Below are positions 49,831 through 62,650 of a DNA stretch of 64,000 bases, piece after piece (the stretch's first letter is position 1; the number at the start of each line of letters is the position of its first letter). Below the pieces are notes generated by a model. It saw nothing but the letters and a program-made list of their open reading frames with translations. It made no database searches and was not told where the DNA came from. The stretch comes from Octopus sinensis (taxonomy: Eukaryota), in NCBI RefSeq assembly GCF_006345805.1, contig NC_043008.1:78368001-78432000 (forward strand), given 5' to 3'. The translations under genes were made by a program, and so were the position numbers.

Positions 49831-50876
49831 TGGCCCAATGAAAAAAATTCTTAGCAATGCAATAACAGCAATAGTAAAGAACTCAAAGCTAACACATCAT
49901 ATTTCATGAAAAGAGATACGTGTATTAATACCAGCAGAATAAACTAAACAATAATTGTAGTAGTCACTAAGTTGGTATTCCCTCATATCTACTCGCAAAA
50001 GATCGTGTAAGTATAAACAATCATGAAAAATATTCAAACAGTTTTGGAAAATAGATGAAAAATTTTTGTAAATGATTTCACCTCCAGATCCGAAAGGCTG
50101 GTGTCGTCAGTAGTTTGAACTTTTAAATTATCCTGTATTTTCGAGCATTTGGTTTTAGATTTTTATTTAGTATATGCGGTGATCACTTATGTATGTGTAT
50201 TTTTATGCTTTATTGACGTATGTTTTCTTTTCAATCTAAAATTGAAATAACATTGGATCGATTGATATCAAATCCATAGCATCACACTCATTCCTTTCAT
50301 AATGTAATTTTTAGCAGGAAGAATTAGCGTGAAAGGATGAATTTATATTTAAAAAATGTTGACTCCCGGCTAACTAATCAAATAGCGCAGAATAACATTC
50401 GTTTGTTGTTATAAGAACATTTCATGTCACCAAAGAGCTATGACAAGAGAAAAATCATTAATAATTAGTTGTAAATTTACTCCCTTTAGGTAAACATCAA
50501 CTGTTTTAATAAATACTCAAAACTAATTAGATAAAAGAATATATTTGATTAACGACGAAATATATTTCGGAAATTTTGTATGCGTGTGTGTATACGAGTG
50601 TGTGTATATATGTGAGTGTGTGCGTGTGTGACTTCGTGTGTATGTACGTGCGTGTGTGTGTCTGTGCGTGTGTGTACGTGATGATTTCTTTGTACTTGAA
50701 GGCAATTTCTAATATAATTTATAGGTCACAATCAAATATTCATGGGTAAAATATTTTAAGTAAACGAACTCTGATTACTTGCGTTGATAAGAAATATAAT
50801 TTCTTGAATACTCCGATGTGTAAATTCAGGGCGAAGAAATTGTCTAACTAACCCTAATTTTCTTGTATTTTTTAAG

Positions 50877-51017
50877 GAATATTCCACAAAAGAAGGCTCG
50901 GAAACACCTCAGAGGGTGTTAGTAGAAGAGTATCAAGGATTCGACAGAGAGAACGGTAATGCAAACAGAAGGTTGACCAGAAAAGATGGGGAATGGATGT
51001 TGCGCCCCTTACTATGA
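50877..51017 (+). CDS. Candidate coding exon, unknown product
   Basis: Branch-like ctaac, polypyrimidine tract and AG at 50875-76; GC-richer island; frame EYSTKEGSETPQRVLVEEYQGFDRENG... open for 46 codons; possible donor G|gtaatg at 50955. Confidence 0.3.
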   Translation, partial: EYSTKEGSETPQRVLVEEYQGFDRENGNANRRLTRKDGEWMLRPLL

Positions 51018-51687
51018 ACTAATGGCATCCCAAGTTTATAAATTTTGATTGGTTAATAATTCCATTTGTACTAAATAATTTTTCCACTAGATTTTCTCTA
51101 GTTCTTAGACTGAACTTTTATTGATAACGTAATATGCAACCTGATCCAAATACTGATAGATTGTATGTAAAAATGATCAATAAATATGGAGTAACACGTA
51201 ATCGGTTCTAAACTCTAGGCGCAAATCATTTGTAATTACAGAGATCCCGTTTAAGAAGCTTTCATTTATATTTAAAATATTTGAATATATATTGTTAAAC
51301 ATTTATTAATTAATTAACGACTGATCTACGGAACATAAGAATAATTAAGTGAATCACCGAAACGTTGTCACATAAAAAATGTTGAAAGCCGCTTAATAAT
51401 CATGATGAATAACGCTGTAAATTCATTCAAAATTTTGGTTTTCAAAGATAGATAAGTAGATAAATAGCTAGATATTTATCAATAATATATCATGCTAATC
51501 ATAGTTTTAAAATAATAATATATCATACTAAACCTAGTTTTAAAATATATATATATACACACACAGAGATGTTTATGTATATATATATATATATATATAT
51601 ATAGTTTGATTCAAATTCGTAGGTAATATTGGGTTTCAAGCGTGATGCTAGTCATCAGCCATTTTGAATTTGAATGTCAGAAGTTGG

Positions 51688-52080
51688 GGATCTTTTCAGT
51701 TTGAACGGCAGTTTTTAACATAATTTCTAGGTAACTAAAGCATTTTAAACTTCGTATACTGGTAGAATGTGTTTATAAAACATCATTTTCTCTTGGCTTT
51801 ATTGAGAAAATTCTATAGTTTGTAACATATTTCGTCTTTAATTTCTTGCATTTCGGCAATTTTAACCAATCACTGACCGTCCATTGAGGTGAAAGCATTC
51901 TGTGTCGCATGAATATGTCCCTCCTTTAAGAAACAGATTGGGTTTATTTACATTTGTGAAGAAAAATAGATACCCTTCCCCCACCCCTAACCCTAACTAA
52001 CCGTAAATCTAAAATAGATTACAATGCAATAGATCGATACTAGGATCATAATTATGGATGACAAATTCATATGACACCGA
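51688..52080. mobile_element. Truncated GGATCTT-terminal MITE related to 10529-11139
   Basis: Starts ggatcttttcagtttgaacggcagttttt; shares aaacttcg.a.actggtagaatgt..ataaaacat and cctaaccctaac; no right TIR found. Confidence 0.75.
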
Positions 52081-52499
52081 AGTTGATTGTCATTACAGTC
52101 AGGTGAGCTGTGATTGGTCGAGGAAGGTCATACGGTGGCGTGGTGTGATTTTGGTATATGTTAGTTGGAAAAATCGCATGGCGAACAGGAAATTGACCAA
52201 GTAGAGGCCAGGAAATAGAGCACGTGGCGATTAGAAATCGGTCAGGTTGTTGGGGTTGGGGGAGTTGAGAAGGGGTAGCAGGTGCAAGTATATAGCTCTA
52301 TATATGGGTATGCATATGCGTTCATATAGGTTTGCCTGCATGCGTACATTGATGCGATTGTTCGCTTTTGTACATGGGCGCGCACGCTCACGTCTGCACA
52401 TACACACGCGCACACACATGCGTATTCTTTAATATGTAAATGTGTATATTTGCATGCTTGTACGCATGCATACCAGTGCATGCATTCGCACGCGTGTGT

Positions 52500-53240
52500 G
52501 CGCTAGTAAACACACGCAAAAGAAGCGTTGGAGATTGGTAAGCGTTGAGAATTGGTATGGGATTGATGTGTGGCGGTCCTGCACATGGGATTGGTTGGTA
52601 GTGGTGATCTTGGTACAGGCGATACAGAGTAGCAGCTGGTGCTAAGGTAGTATAGCCAAAGCATCGTTGTAGTGGGTGGGCAACCCGATTAAAGATCTCC
52701 ACGTTGGCTGAGGGTTTAGACACCCGTTTAATTACAGAGCAAGGGTGAGCTCTTGTGGATACATACCGTTTCTTCATTAGGCTTCCTGTATGGGTAATAT
52801 TTGCCCGTAGGCATTCATATGGCTTGAGATAGCCAAGAGAGCCGACCTATGTGGGTCGGCATGTCTCTTGAGGGTATCCAAGATGTATAACCTGACCAAT
52901 TTTCTCTTTTCTCTGTTTATACTTATCTAATAAGAATAATATAATATATCTAATAATAATAATAATTGATTCCGTTGTATGCATATACATATGTATATAA
53001 ATATACGGATATATATTTATATATATGTATGTATATGTAAAAGTGTGTATTATATGTATTATAAATATTAATAACTTAACCTTATGAACTTTCAAAACTC
53101 TCTGACGAAGCCCAGAAGCATACCCAATTTTTTCTACCAAATACTTCAGTTCACTGAAGAGATGGAAGTAAAGTGGGGTGCTGTGACCTCCTTGCTGAAA
53201 CAGCTGTAAGAAACTATTCTACTTTCTATGTTCTACGTTA
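52500..53240. mobile_element. Penelope-like (Neptune-type) thumb fragment (minus) plus probable pseudo-LTR sequence
   Basis: KYYPYRKPNEETVCIHKS and KRVS.PSANVEIFNRVA; hairpin 52834-52870; hammerhead-like motif 53147-53215. Confidence 0.65.
53147..53215 (+). ncRNA. Hammerhead ribozyme-like motif (type I, PLE style)
   Basis: CTGAAGA (53154-60) ... GAAA-cagctg-TA-agaaact; core intact, helix III palindromic, stems I and II imperfect. Confidence 0.55.
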
Positions 53241-53404
53241 TATATTTTAATAAGTACTAATATTTTTTTTATATATGTAAAGCATAATCAGTTATACATG
53301 TATGTATATTATTATAATTGTCTTTTAAAAAATAAATCAATAGACATAATATAATGTCTAAAAGTTGATAAATACCACCTCTTGATCCCTTCCATTTTCT
53401 TATT

Positions 53405-54811
53405 GTTATATATATAAACGGCAAAATGTCTGTGAATCTGTGTGTCCTTTATACAAATCCACAGCTTTTCACGTAAACGGTTCGCATTTTCTATGGGCTT
53501 TCAAAACTGTCTGAGGGTGGTCGTGAAGATCTTTTCATTTCCCCAGTCATCCCAGAAAGTCATTAAGCGCTGTCAAGTAACAAATCGCAGGGACAGACGC
53601 TCACAGTCGCGAGAATACATCTGGGAGAGCCCTGCTTTTCGCATGGGCAACTTTATGTTGCTTCATCCCGCGTTGGAAGTAGGAATGCCCTGTTTGTATA
53701 TGCCCCTGAGTCTAAAACCTGCAATATCGTTTACAACAAGATTTTCGATAAGCATTTATAAATGCATTGGAATACCAATGCTATCCTCAACGAAAACAAT
53801 TCTCACTTTGTCAGATGTTTATTAAGTTAGGCTAAAGGGTTAGGTCCCTATTTGTGAAGGCTGTCGGTAAGTTTTGGTAAGTTTCGCTAATGCGGATCTC
53901 CAAAGCTACATTCTTCAATGGTCTTTAACCCAATGCAGTCATCCTCCTCCGAAACAAACACGCCTTGCACATCTCCACAGCCAATTTCCTCTACAGCTAT
54001 GTCATTTAGAACCCCTAGGATAGGTTAGTGATACATCGGGATTAGAAGCTGCCTATTAGAGGCTCCCGAGCCCCCTTCCGTTGAATGCTTAGCTGTGTTC
54101 CGAACCTAACCTCCTCCGTTTCAGTAGATCGGGAGCCCAATTAGCCTTTCGGCGAAAAGGCATACCTATTAGGTATGCCTTAGTTAACATTGATGTCTTA
54201 CGTGTTTCTATGCGTCATGAACTTATAACTATTGACCTTACTGCGTTACTTGCTTCAATGCATCATACTCATAAAATCACTTTGAATGCTGTTCTTTGTG
54301 CTCTTCTTGTTCTACCTTTTCGCCGGAATCAGTACTTTTCTTCCCACTATCGCTATTCACTCATAGGATGAGGGGGTTAGCTGAGGGGGTTGGTGTCAAA
54401 AGGGCTGGCATGTGCAACTTGATCACTTCTGCCAGTCAAACTCCCAAACCATGCGTTCCCGTCGCAACAGTGATTGCGCAGAACTGGGTTGGGTGTGAAA
54501 CCAAAACTCAACAAACGAGATTTATGTGTATTTTCAAACTCATGCTTTGGCGGCTAAATTCAAGTTTTTCGTTTTCTTCTGCCTCCTTTTTTGTCCGACT
54601 AATGGTATGTGCACGGTCCCGCTAATTTTCCATGATTATGCCGTTCCAGGTGGGAAAATCGAAGTCCAATGAATATTAATTACTCTCATAAAAAGCTCCA
54701 AATAGCTCATAAACAACAAAATTGGCCCGGGCTGAAATGTGATAAGAAACTTAGTTCTTGATTTAGTGAGAAATTTTTACTGCGACCCGGCAACTCCGGG
54801 TCATAGTGCTA

Positions 54812-54812
<1 letters not shown>
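53405..54812 (+). mobile_element. Non-autonomous Helitron carrying a PIF1-helicase C-terminal fragment
   Basis: GQLYVASSRVGS.N.LFV..PESKT.NIVY motif at ~53645-53745; 3' hairpin gacccgg-caact-ccgggtc then CTAG|T at 54809-54813. Confidence 0.88.
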
Positions 54813-54862
<50 letters not shown>

Positions 54863-54890
54863 AAAAGGAGATGTGGAACACGAGTTGTGA

Positions 54891-55490
54891 TATATAAAAA
54901 AGGAAATGAAGAAAATGGTGACAAAATAATTTAAGTAAGGGAGAGTGTATTTAATTAGGTGAAAGTTCTTTTTTTAACAAAAAAAGAGAAAAATTGGGTT
55001 AGAATACAATGTTCATTTTTTGTGAATGATTTCAGTGTATAAGAAAAAAAGTAAGAGTCTTTTACAGTGTTCTGTTTCAGAATAAGATATTTAGTAAAAG
55101 CGTGTAATATACAGTTTTTTGTGGAAAAGTTCAATGTCAGATTTCAGTGTAGAATAAAAAAAGTAAGAGTTTACCGGTTGCGCATTTGTTATGCTTATCA
55201 AAAGATATTTTGAGTGAGATAGAGTTCCTTTCTGATTGATTTTTTTCTCTTATCTGACATTGAACGTTTCCACAAAAAACTGTATATTACACGCTTTTAC
55301 TAAATATCTTATTCTGAAACAGAACACTGTAAAAGACTCTTACTTTTTTTCTTATACACTGAAATCATTCACAAAAAATGAACATTGTATTCTAACCCAA
55401 TTTTTCTCTTTTTTTGTTTAAAAAAAGAACTTCCACGCTCCCTTACTTAAATTATTTTGTCAGCATTTTCTTCATTTCCTTTTTATATAT
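54891..55490. mobile_element. Foldback/MITE-like element: ~240-bp inverted arms with a 110-bp spacer, in TA context
   Basis: 54891-55142 is the reverse complement of 55252-55490; inner ~190 bp almost identical. Confidence 0.92.
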
Positions 55491-55499
55491 ATATATGAA

Positions 55500-56982
55500 A
55501 GTCTATGAGGATTTGAAGTGTAGGTTGATTTTTTTTTAAAGTATATTTTTAAAATGTTATGAAATCTTTTATGAGGATGTTACTAACCTTTTTGGGGAAG
55601 AATTTTTGTTTTCTAGTGTGTGAGCGCTTCCGTTAAACCTTTTCAGGGACACGTGCTCTTAAAGAGGAAGTTGTTATTTTTGTGGTTGTAGTAGTATTAT
55701 TTCCGGTTTATTTTCGGATGCTTGGTTTTAGTCATAAATATTCATTTACTATTGTTGGTTATTTTCGATTTAATTTCGGATTTAGAATTCTTATAAAGTA
55801 TTCTTCTTTTGCCTTTCGTAGTTGTACATTTTCATCATTTATTTTGTAAAACGGGAATATTTTAAATTTTCCATTTGCACAAATATCTAGAAGTTAATGT
55901 ATGGGATACTCCCAAAAGATGAATTCATAATTTGTTTATGCACATTTACACTGCTGGTCAGTTTCCTTCCTGCCTCCCTAGTGTAGTTTTCATTGCATTG
56001 TGGGCATGAAATTTATTTTGCAATTCATGTTTGCATTCACTTTTATTTCCTTCCCATTCTTGGGCCTTTTGGTTTTCCCTTGCTCAATTAATTCACATGT
56101 TCCATAACGGGGGCGGTCTCCAGAGTTCGTTACTTGCATCGTTTTCCTTTTCAAATGTGCATCTCGCTTTGTTAGGTTTCTCTTGAGGTTAAGTGGTTGT
56201 CTTCAACTGTTGATAATTTGTGATTTTTTAAAAATTATTCGTTGGAGACATAGTGACTGATGCAGAATTGGAAGGTATTGTTTGGATAAGTGCAGGACGT
56301 TGTGGTTTCTAGGATAGTGGGTGACTACAAACGGAATATTTGTATTTGTATTTTTATTTTCACACCTAGCCTGAATGCTTCTCCGTAAGGTTGAGGTCGA
56401 GATTTCCTTTGCTTTTGTTATGGCATGTTGAATTAACTTGCTGGAATACTTTTATTTCTGAAGTAGTATATTAAGTTCTACCAGTCATTTCTCTTGTCTA
56501 ACAGTATCTGTGCTTATTGAGTATATGCGCCTTGCCATATTAAATGGTATGTTCCTTTTTTGCATGGGAAGGGTGGCAAGATCTAAAATCTAAATAGTGG
56601 TGAGTGTCTGTGTTCTTGCAGTAGAGGTCAGTTGTAACGGTCTCATTTTCTTTAATTAACAGGATGTCCAGAAAGGGGAGTTTCTTTTCATTCATTTCCA
56701 TAGTGGATTGGATTGAGACATCAATGCTATTTATTAATTTAAGAAATTTTGTAAGGTCCTCCTTATTTTGGTTCCAAAACATAAAGCAATCATCTTTATA
56801 TATGGTGTATGGAGGCATTTTAAGCTATTGCTGATCTATTTGGATTTATGGATTTTAGGAAGTCCATAAAGATTAATTGTTTTCACTACAAAATTGTGAG
56901 GTAATCCAACTCAATTTTTGTTACGTCATACTTGAATTTATTGGTAGATTTGTCAATTTTCTCATAGTTCATTTATCAACAT
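55500..56982 (-). mobile_element. Penelope-like element: RT C-terminus, GIY-YIG, 3' region; cut by an LTR insertion
   Basis: YKDDCFMFW..LPFLDILL..TDLYCKNTDTHHYLDFRSCHP; CPQCNENY..FKIFPFYK..KEEYFIRILNPKLN*; degenerate hammerhead 55616-55652 (gtgtcc-ctgaaaa-ggtttaacg-gaa-gcgc-tc-acac). Confidence 0.88.
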
Positions 56983-58290
56983 TGTTTTATAAAGTAGTTT
57001 CTGTATATGTCACCTTAGTGTCGTGCACTAATACAGCGTGATATATAGTACCCTGAAATGGGGTAGGCACCAACTGTCTCCACTTCATGTATTCCCAGAT
57101 TCTCTGCCAACAACTGTAACCAATCCAAAACAACTCTCAATGAACTATAACAACTTCTCAACAATTTCCTGCAACTCCACGAACACACGAACGACACCTT
57201 TCGCCTTCCTGCGATTTCTCACTCTCAGTCAATCACACTGGTACTTATACGAGTTCGGGTGATCCATTCTCACAAGGGATGTCATGATTCTCGCTATAAC
57301 ATCTCCCCTTTTGAGATTTGACTCTTGTAGAAAATGCAACTGGTTTATTTCATTTTATTCTTTACTGTTTTTCATTATCACCTCTCCCTTTTATGAGATT
57401 TTAATTTCTTCAGAAGTTTTTATACTTCCTTCACTTAGGGACATTTTCTAGTCGTTTTTTTTGTTTACGTCTTCTATTGCTGATCCGCCTAGGTTCAACC
57501 GCTTTTGGCGTTGGAACGTCGAAAAGGTCATAACAAACTTCCAAAGGTATTTCTTCTCTTTCTTCTGTATGTCTAGTCTTCAACTGGTTTAAATGTCGTT
57601 TGTGATCTCCTAGTTGACCTTTTATTATGTACATCATGCAGCCTATTCTTTCGTCACTATATCGTCCTCACAACCTTGCCTTCCATTCTTATATATTCAC
57701 TTTTTGTTTTTTAGGCAAAAGAAGATTGCAGTATTTTTTATGTTCTGAAGGACCTAGTTTCCGGAACAGTAATCTCACATTTTCATCGTCTGTCCAACAT
57801 TTGAATTCTTCCTTGAAGATTTCTACGTATCTTCTGAAGTACGCCGAAAAAGTTATACCCTCTTCTGGGCTATAACTAAATTCAGTTATAGCATTTCCTA
57901 CGCCATCTGGCGAAAACGAACTGTCAGTGTTTCCTGACTTCAACATCAGTTCCAGCAACTGATTGTGTTGTAGCTGTTGTAGTTGTTGGTGCAACTCCTG
58001 TTGCTGCTGTTGTTGTTGCTGTTGCAACTGCAACAGCAAGTGCTAATAGGTCTTCGATAATTAACGAATATTTTGTATCATAAAAAATTGTTAATGACCA
58101 ATTAAGCTTCGAATCACTCGTCACCACTTTTATAACGTAGTTTCTGCATATACCACCTTTGTGCCATGCATTAATACACTGTGATATATATATACAGTAC
58201 TACGAAACGGGGCAGACACCAAGAGTCTCTACTTGATGTATTCCCAGATACTCTGCCACCAACAGTAACCTATATCACCCTCAGTACATG
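56983..58290 (-). mobile_element. Internally deleted Gypsy LTR retrotransposon (LTR-PBS-gag N-terminus/integrase C-terminus-PPT-LTR)
   Basis: 3' LTR 56983-57300 with TG..CA ends; PPT (aaaaggggaga sense) 57301-57311; homologous truncated 5' LTR 58127-58290; PBS tggtgacgag; gag FSYSPEEGITFSAYFRRY..F..W.D; KRHLNQLK. Confidence 0.88.
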
Positions 58291-58673
58291 GTGTATTTTT
58301 CTGGCTAATATATGTAAATTTATATCGTGGACTCCTCAGTATGTTGCAGGTTTCTGCGGCCGATATGTATTTATATATGTTTAGATTTTCATTATTTCAG
58401 TGGTAAAATAAGTATTTTCGCGCCTAAAAGTTAATAAACTAATAAATAAATATACAGTACAGTGCTGTACCGTAAACAAACAATCGCACATACTGTATGG
58501 AAACCGAAACTCGGGAGGCGAGTGTGGTGTTGTTTTGCATTTATAATAAAATAAATATATGCAAATTATAAAGATTATAAAAATATATATACAGTACTAT
58601 TACTACTTCGCGGATTTCCACCTATCACGGAGGGTTTTGGAACGTAACATCCGCGATAGTCGAGGGATTACTG
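58290..58673. mobile_element. Tigger-like MITE, one terminus
   Basis: Ends cgcgatagtcgagggattactg|TA; other TIR not found. Confidence 0.6.
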
Positions 58674-58685
58674 TATCTCTCTCTC

Positions 58686-58755
<70 letters not shown>

Positions 58756-59169
58756 ATAAATATTAAAATTACTAAGTCTCTATAAAAGAGATTACGACAG
58801 CGTTACTGGAAATTAATTGTATATATACACTTGTATTGCATAAAATATCCTTTTGATTATACTTCACTTTTACACTCTTACGTTACGATACACATAGGCA
58901 CACACAAATATACACACAAACACACAAAACACTTTCATTTTCCTCGACATATCACGTGTCTATGACGACGCAACAGCTATTCACAATGTTGCACTAATAT
59001 ATTTCATAGTACAACAGCATTGTTCTCAAGTGCACTGAGACATACAGACACACACACCACGCACATTAACACACAATTACACACATACATGCACACACTT
59101 GCACACACACAGGCTTCGTAGAACAAACGATTTGAATAGAACTCAGTACATTAATATATATCTTTTATC

Positions 59170-59590
59170 TTTTACTTGCTTCCGTCATTAGACTGTGACC
59201 ATGCTGGGGCACCGCCTTGAAAAGTTTTAATAGAATGAATCGAGCTCAGTACTTATTTCTTATAGCCTGGTACTTTTCTAGCCGTCTCTTTTGTGGGGAC
59301 GTAAGCATACCAACACCGGTTTTCAAGTGGGGTGTGGGCAAACACAGACACAAACACACACACACATACACACATACACACACACACACACACATAGAAA
59401 CATTTGTATCTATGTATGTATGCATGCCTGTATATACGACGGATTTCTTTCAGTTTTCTTGTACCAGATCCACTCCCAAGCCTTTAGTCAGCCCGAGGCT
59501 TTAGTGGAAGCCGCTTGCCCAAGGTAGTAGGATGGAGCCAATATGGTGGAAAGCAAACTTCTAGCATTATAGTCACGTCTGTGCCTGTTA
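59170..59590 (-). mobile_element. Second SINE family (CORE-like ccttgggcaag, internal microsatellite, CR1-type tail)
   Basis: Tail ccatgctggggcaccgcc shared with the LINE end at 33640-33665; a related fragment lies at 43630-43800. Confidence 0.75.
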
Positions 59591-60020
59591 TATCTGTAAA
59601 TTTTACATATACACTGGGGAGTGGGGATCTACAGAACGAAAAATTAGGAGAGGTTACTTAAGGAAGAAAGGATGATTTGCATTTTTACTGGATATACATT
59701 TTGTTGATGCCTGTGCAATAAATGATACATAAATATACAATGACAACCTATACAATACTTGACATACGTGCCATTCTTTTCAAACTGCAAGCTCAATATG
59801 TAATTGCATATTCCTGATGTGCAATATTTTGTCATAATTACTTTACATTATATACATGTAATGATCACAAAATGATATAAAGTATATACACAATGTCTTT
59901 ATTTATATGATTACTTTCAATCGCATTGCAAATTAAAAAGAACAGCCATAGCTCTTTTGCTAAGTTACCTCACTTCCAGTCACAATATGATTTTAAAATT
60001 TCCCTTTGCTAAATACTTTA

Positions 60021-60095
<75 letters not shown>

Positions 60096-60100
60096 CTCCC

Positions 60101-60132
<32 letters not shown>

Positions 60133-60479
60133 ACCTTTTCAGCAAACTTTTTAATCATGTAATTCCAATTTTCACGTCGTTAACAATTTTCTCTCTTTCT
60201 TTCTTTCCCTTCATCTCTCACTTCCACTAACCACGTGGAAGCGTAATGCATCGGTTGGTTATCTGCTATCTCAGCCACTACCTTCCCTTTCTCTCACTCT
60301 CACATTCCCTCGTCCTTCCTCTTTCTTCTTCTCCCTCCCTCTCCGTCATTCTCATCCCACCTCTTACTCACTCCACCTCCTCTCTCTAACAAACTAAACC
60401 GTAACATGTGTACAAACCAACAAGCAGAATTACAATATAGATATATTATCATTCGATTTTTGATAGCTTCAGGCAAATT

Positions 60480-62650
60480 TCTACTGCGTCACTGCTACAC
60501 CTCCGTAATGCTGAGGTGTGTGCAGGATTGTCAGGTTTTCATTTTTTAAAGTAATGCAAACTGTTCCAGGCATTGTATCTGTCTGTTTTGTCATGGGGTT
60601 TGGCTTGAATCTTTTGTATTAGTGTTTGTATCTTGTGCTGTGTATTTTGCGAGTTGAGTTCTTCAGTTGGGTAACTGACCTGTAGAGTACATGTTGCGGG
60701 GTTATTTATTTTATTCGATATTTACTGTATAGAGAATGTATCGTGTTTGTGGACTGTTTTATTTGGGTTGTACTATTAAATTGATAGTGTCTTGTGGAGG
60801 ACGTAGGCTGTTCCTAGCAGGGCTATTTTTTAAATAGTGTGTAGTGTTGGGGGTCCAAGTATAGCTTTTACTCGTGTTTTCTTTATCATACCCAATGGTC
60901 TGGTATTGTTTTCACGTCTTCAATGCTTCAATTCCGAGATCTTTATATTTTGACTGTTCCTCTACTTCTTTTTCGACAATACTAGGGTCAGAAGGGACTG
61001 CAATGTCTATCAATAAGCAGGTATTTTTTTACCAATACTTGAATACTAATTCTGGGATATTACCTTTGCATCCTTTGTCAGTTTGAACAGGTAAATCCCC
61101 GATGGTTTTGGCCTGGTCGTTGTCTTGTACCTTATTTAGCACATGTTTATACCATTTCTTGTTAGTTTTTATGATGTAGCTTTGGCATATTGTCCAGTGG
61201 ATATAACTACTTACTCTGTCATGTCTGTATAAATAATCAGATCTGCTAGGACTAGTCAACAAGAAAGGATATGGTCAACTGTCTTACTATGTTGGTTACA
61301 CATTTTGCAATTGGTGTTAGGGTCTGTTTTCATTATTTTGCTTTTATAGCTGTTTGTTGCCATGCATTAGTCTTGTGCAGCAAGAATCAATCCATCCTTT
61401 TCTGCTTTTAGTTCAGAGTTTTCGAGCCATTATTGGCTTTTATTTCTCTGTCAAGTGGTTTTTTCTCTCCATTTCTTCTTTGGTATGTTTTGTAGTTCTG
61501 TTTTCATGTTATTTTTGTCTCTTTGTCCATTTCTACTTTTTTCGTGTTGTTTTATTACATGTAGTAGTCTTCCACTAATTGTTTCTAAGTGTGTTTCTAG
61601 TCAAGCTTTTGTTATTTTATAGTAGTTCTCTCTCTGTGTCAGGCTGTGACCTATTTCTGAGCGAGGTAGATATGTTTGACTGTGTCTACTTTGGGGGTAG
61701 TGACTTCGGGATGCTGTTAATAGTTTTCTGGCATATATATCTAAGTTTCTCAATTCACTAATCTTCCAGCTTATTATACTGAATCTATTTTATGACTGGT
61801 TTGGCGAGCGTATTTATCGATATTGTCTAATTTTTACCATTAAGTTCAGCATTTAATACTCTTTTCTACTCCAGGAACAAGGTCCGAAATTTCGGGGGAG
61901 GGGGCCAGCCCATTAGATATACCTCAGTACGCAACTGGTACTTCATTTATTGACCCTGAAAGGATATGAAAGGCAAAGTCGATCTCGGCGGAATTTGAAC
62001 TCAGAACGTAAGACAGACGAAACACCACTAAGTATTTCGTTCGGAGTGCTAATGTTTCTTATTTCTTTATTGCCCACAGGGGACTAAACATAAAAGGGAC
62101 AAACAAGAACAGACAAACGGATTAAGTCGATTATATCGACCCCAGCGCGTGACTGATACTTATTTAATCGACCCCGAAAGGATGAAAGGCAAAGTCGATC
62201 TCGGCGGAATTTGAACTCATAATGTAGCGGCAGATGAAATACCTATTTCTTTACTACCCACAAGGGATTAAACACAGAGAGGACAAAAAAAAAAAAGGAC
62301 AGACAAACGGATTAAATCGACTCCACTGCGTAACTGGTACTTAATTTATTGATCTCTGAAGGACGAAAGGCAAAGTGGACCTCGGCGGAATTTGAACTCA
62401 GAATGTAGCGGCAGACGAAATACTGCACAGCATTTCGCCCGGCGTGCTAACGTTTCTGCCAGCTCGCCGCCTTTGTTCAGTGTCTAATATTAGTCAAACT
62501 CTTCTCTCCAAATGTTCTCTTTCATTTCTGTGTTGCATTTTAGCTGTTTCGTCTATTCCTAGATATTTTGTATGGGTGATTGTGGTTTAATTCTCTGATT
62601 TCTGTGTCTATGTCTCTTTTTTTATATTGGTTTGCTCAATCATATTTTGC
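60480..62650 (-). mobile_element. R4/Dong LINE 3' portion interrupted by a SINE trimer
   Basis: YLYRHDRVSSYIHW, TCLLIDIAVPSD..SKYKDLGIE, KIALLGTAYVL, LNAELNGKN; RT-thumb sequence resumes at 62474. Confidence 0.8.
61866..62473 (-). mobile_element. SINE trimer (units 61866-62058, 62059-62243, 62244-62473)
   Basis: Junctions gctaatgtttc|ttatttc and gaaatacc|tatttc; only the last unit has a complete head. Confidence 0.9.

Noticed and set aside
50070-50125. Hammerhead-like ctgacga...gaaa on the minus strand
   Set aside because: Stem I does not pair and the stem II closing pair is non-canonical; too degenerate. The gaaacgttgtc at ~51360 likewise lacks a core.
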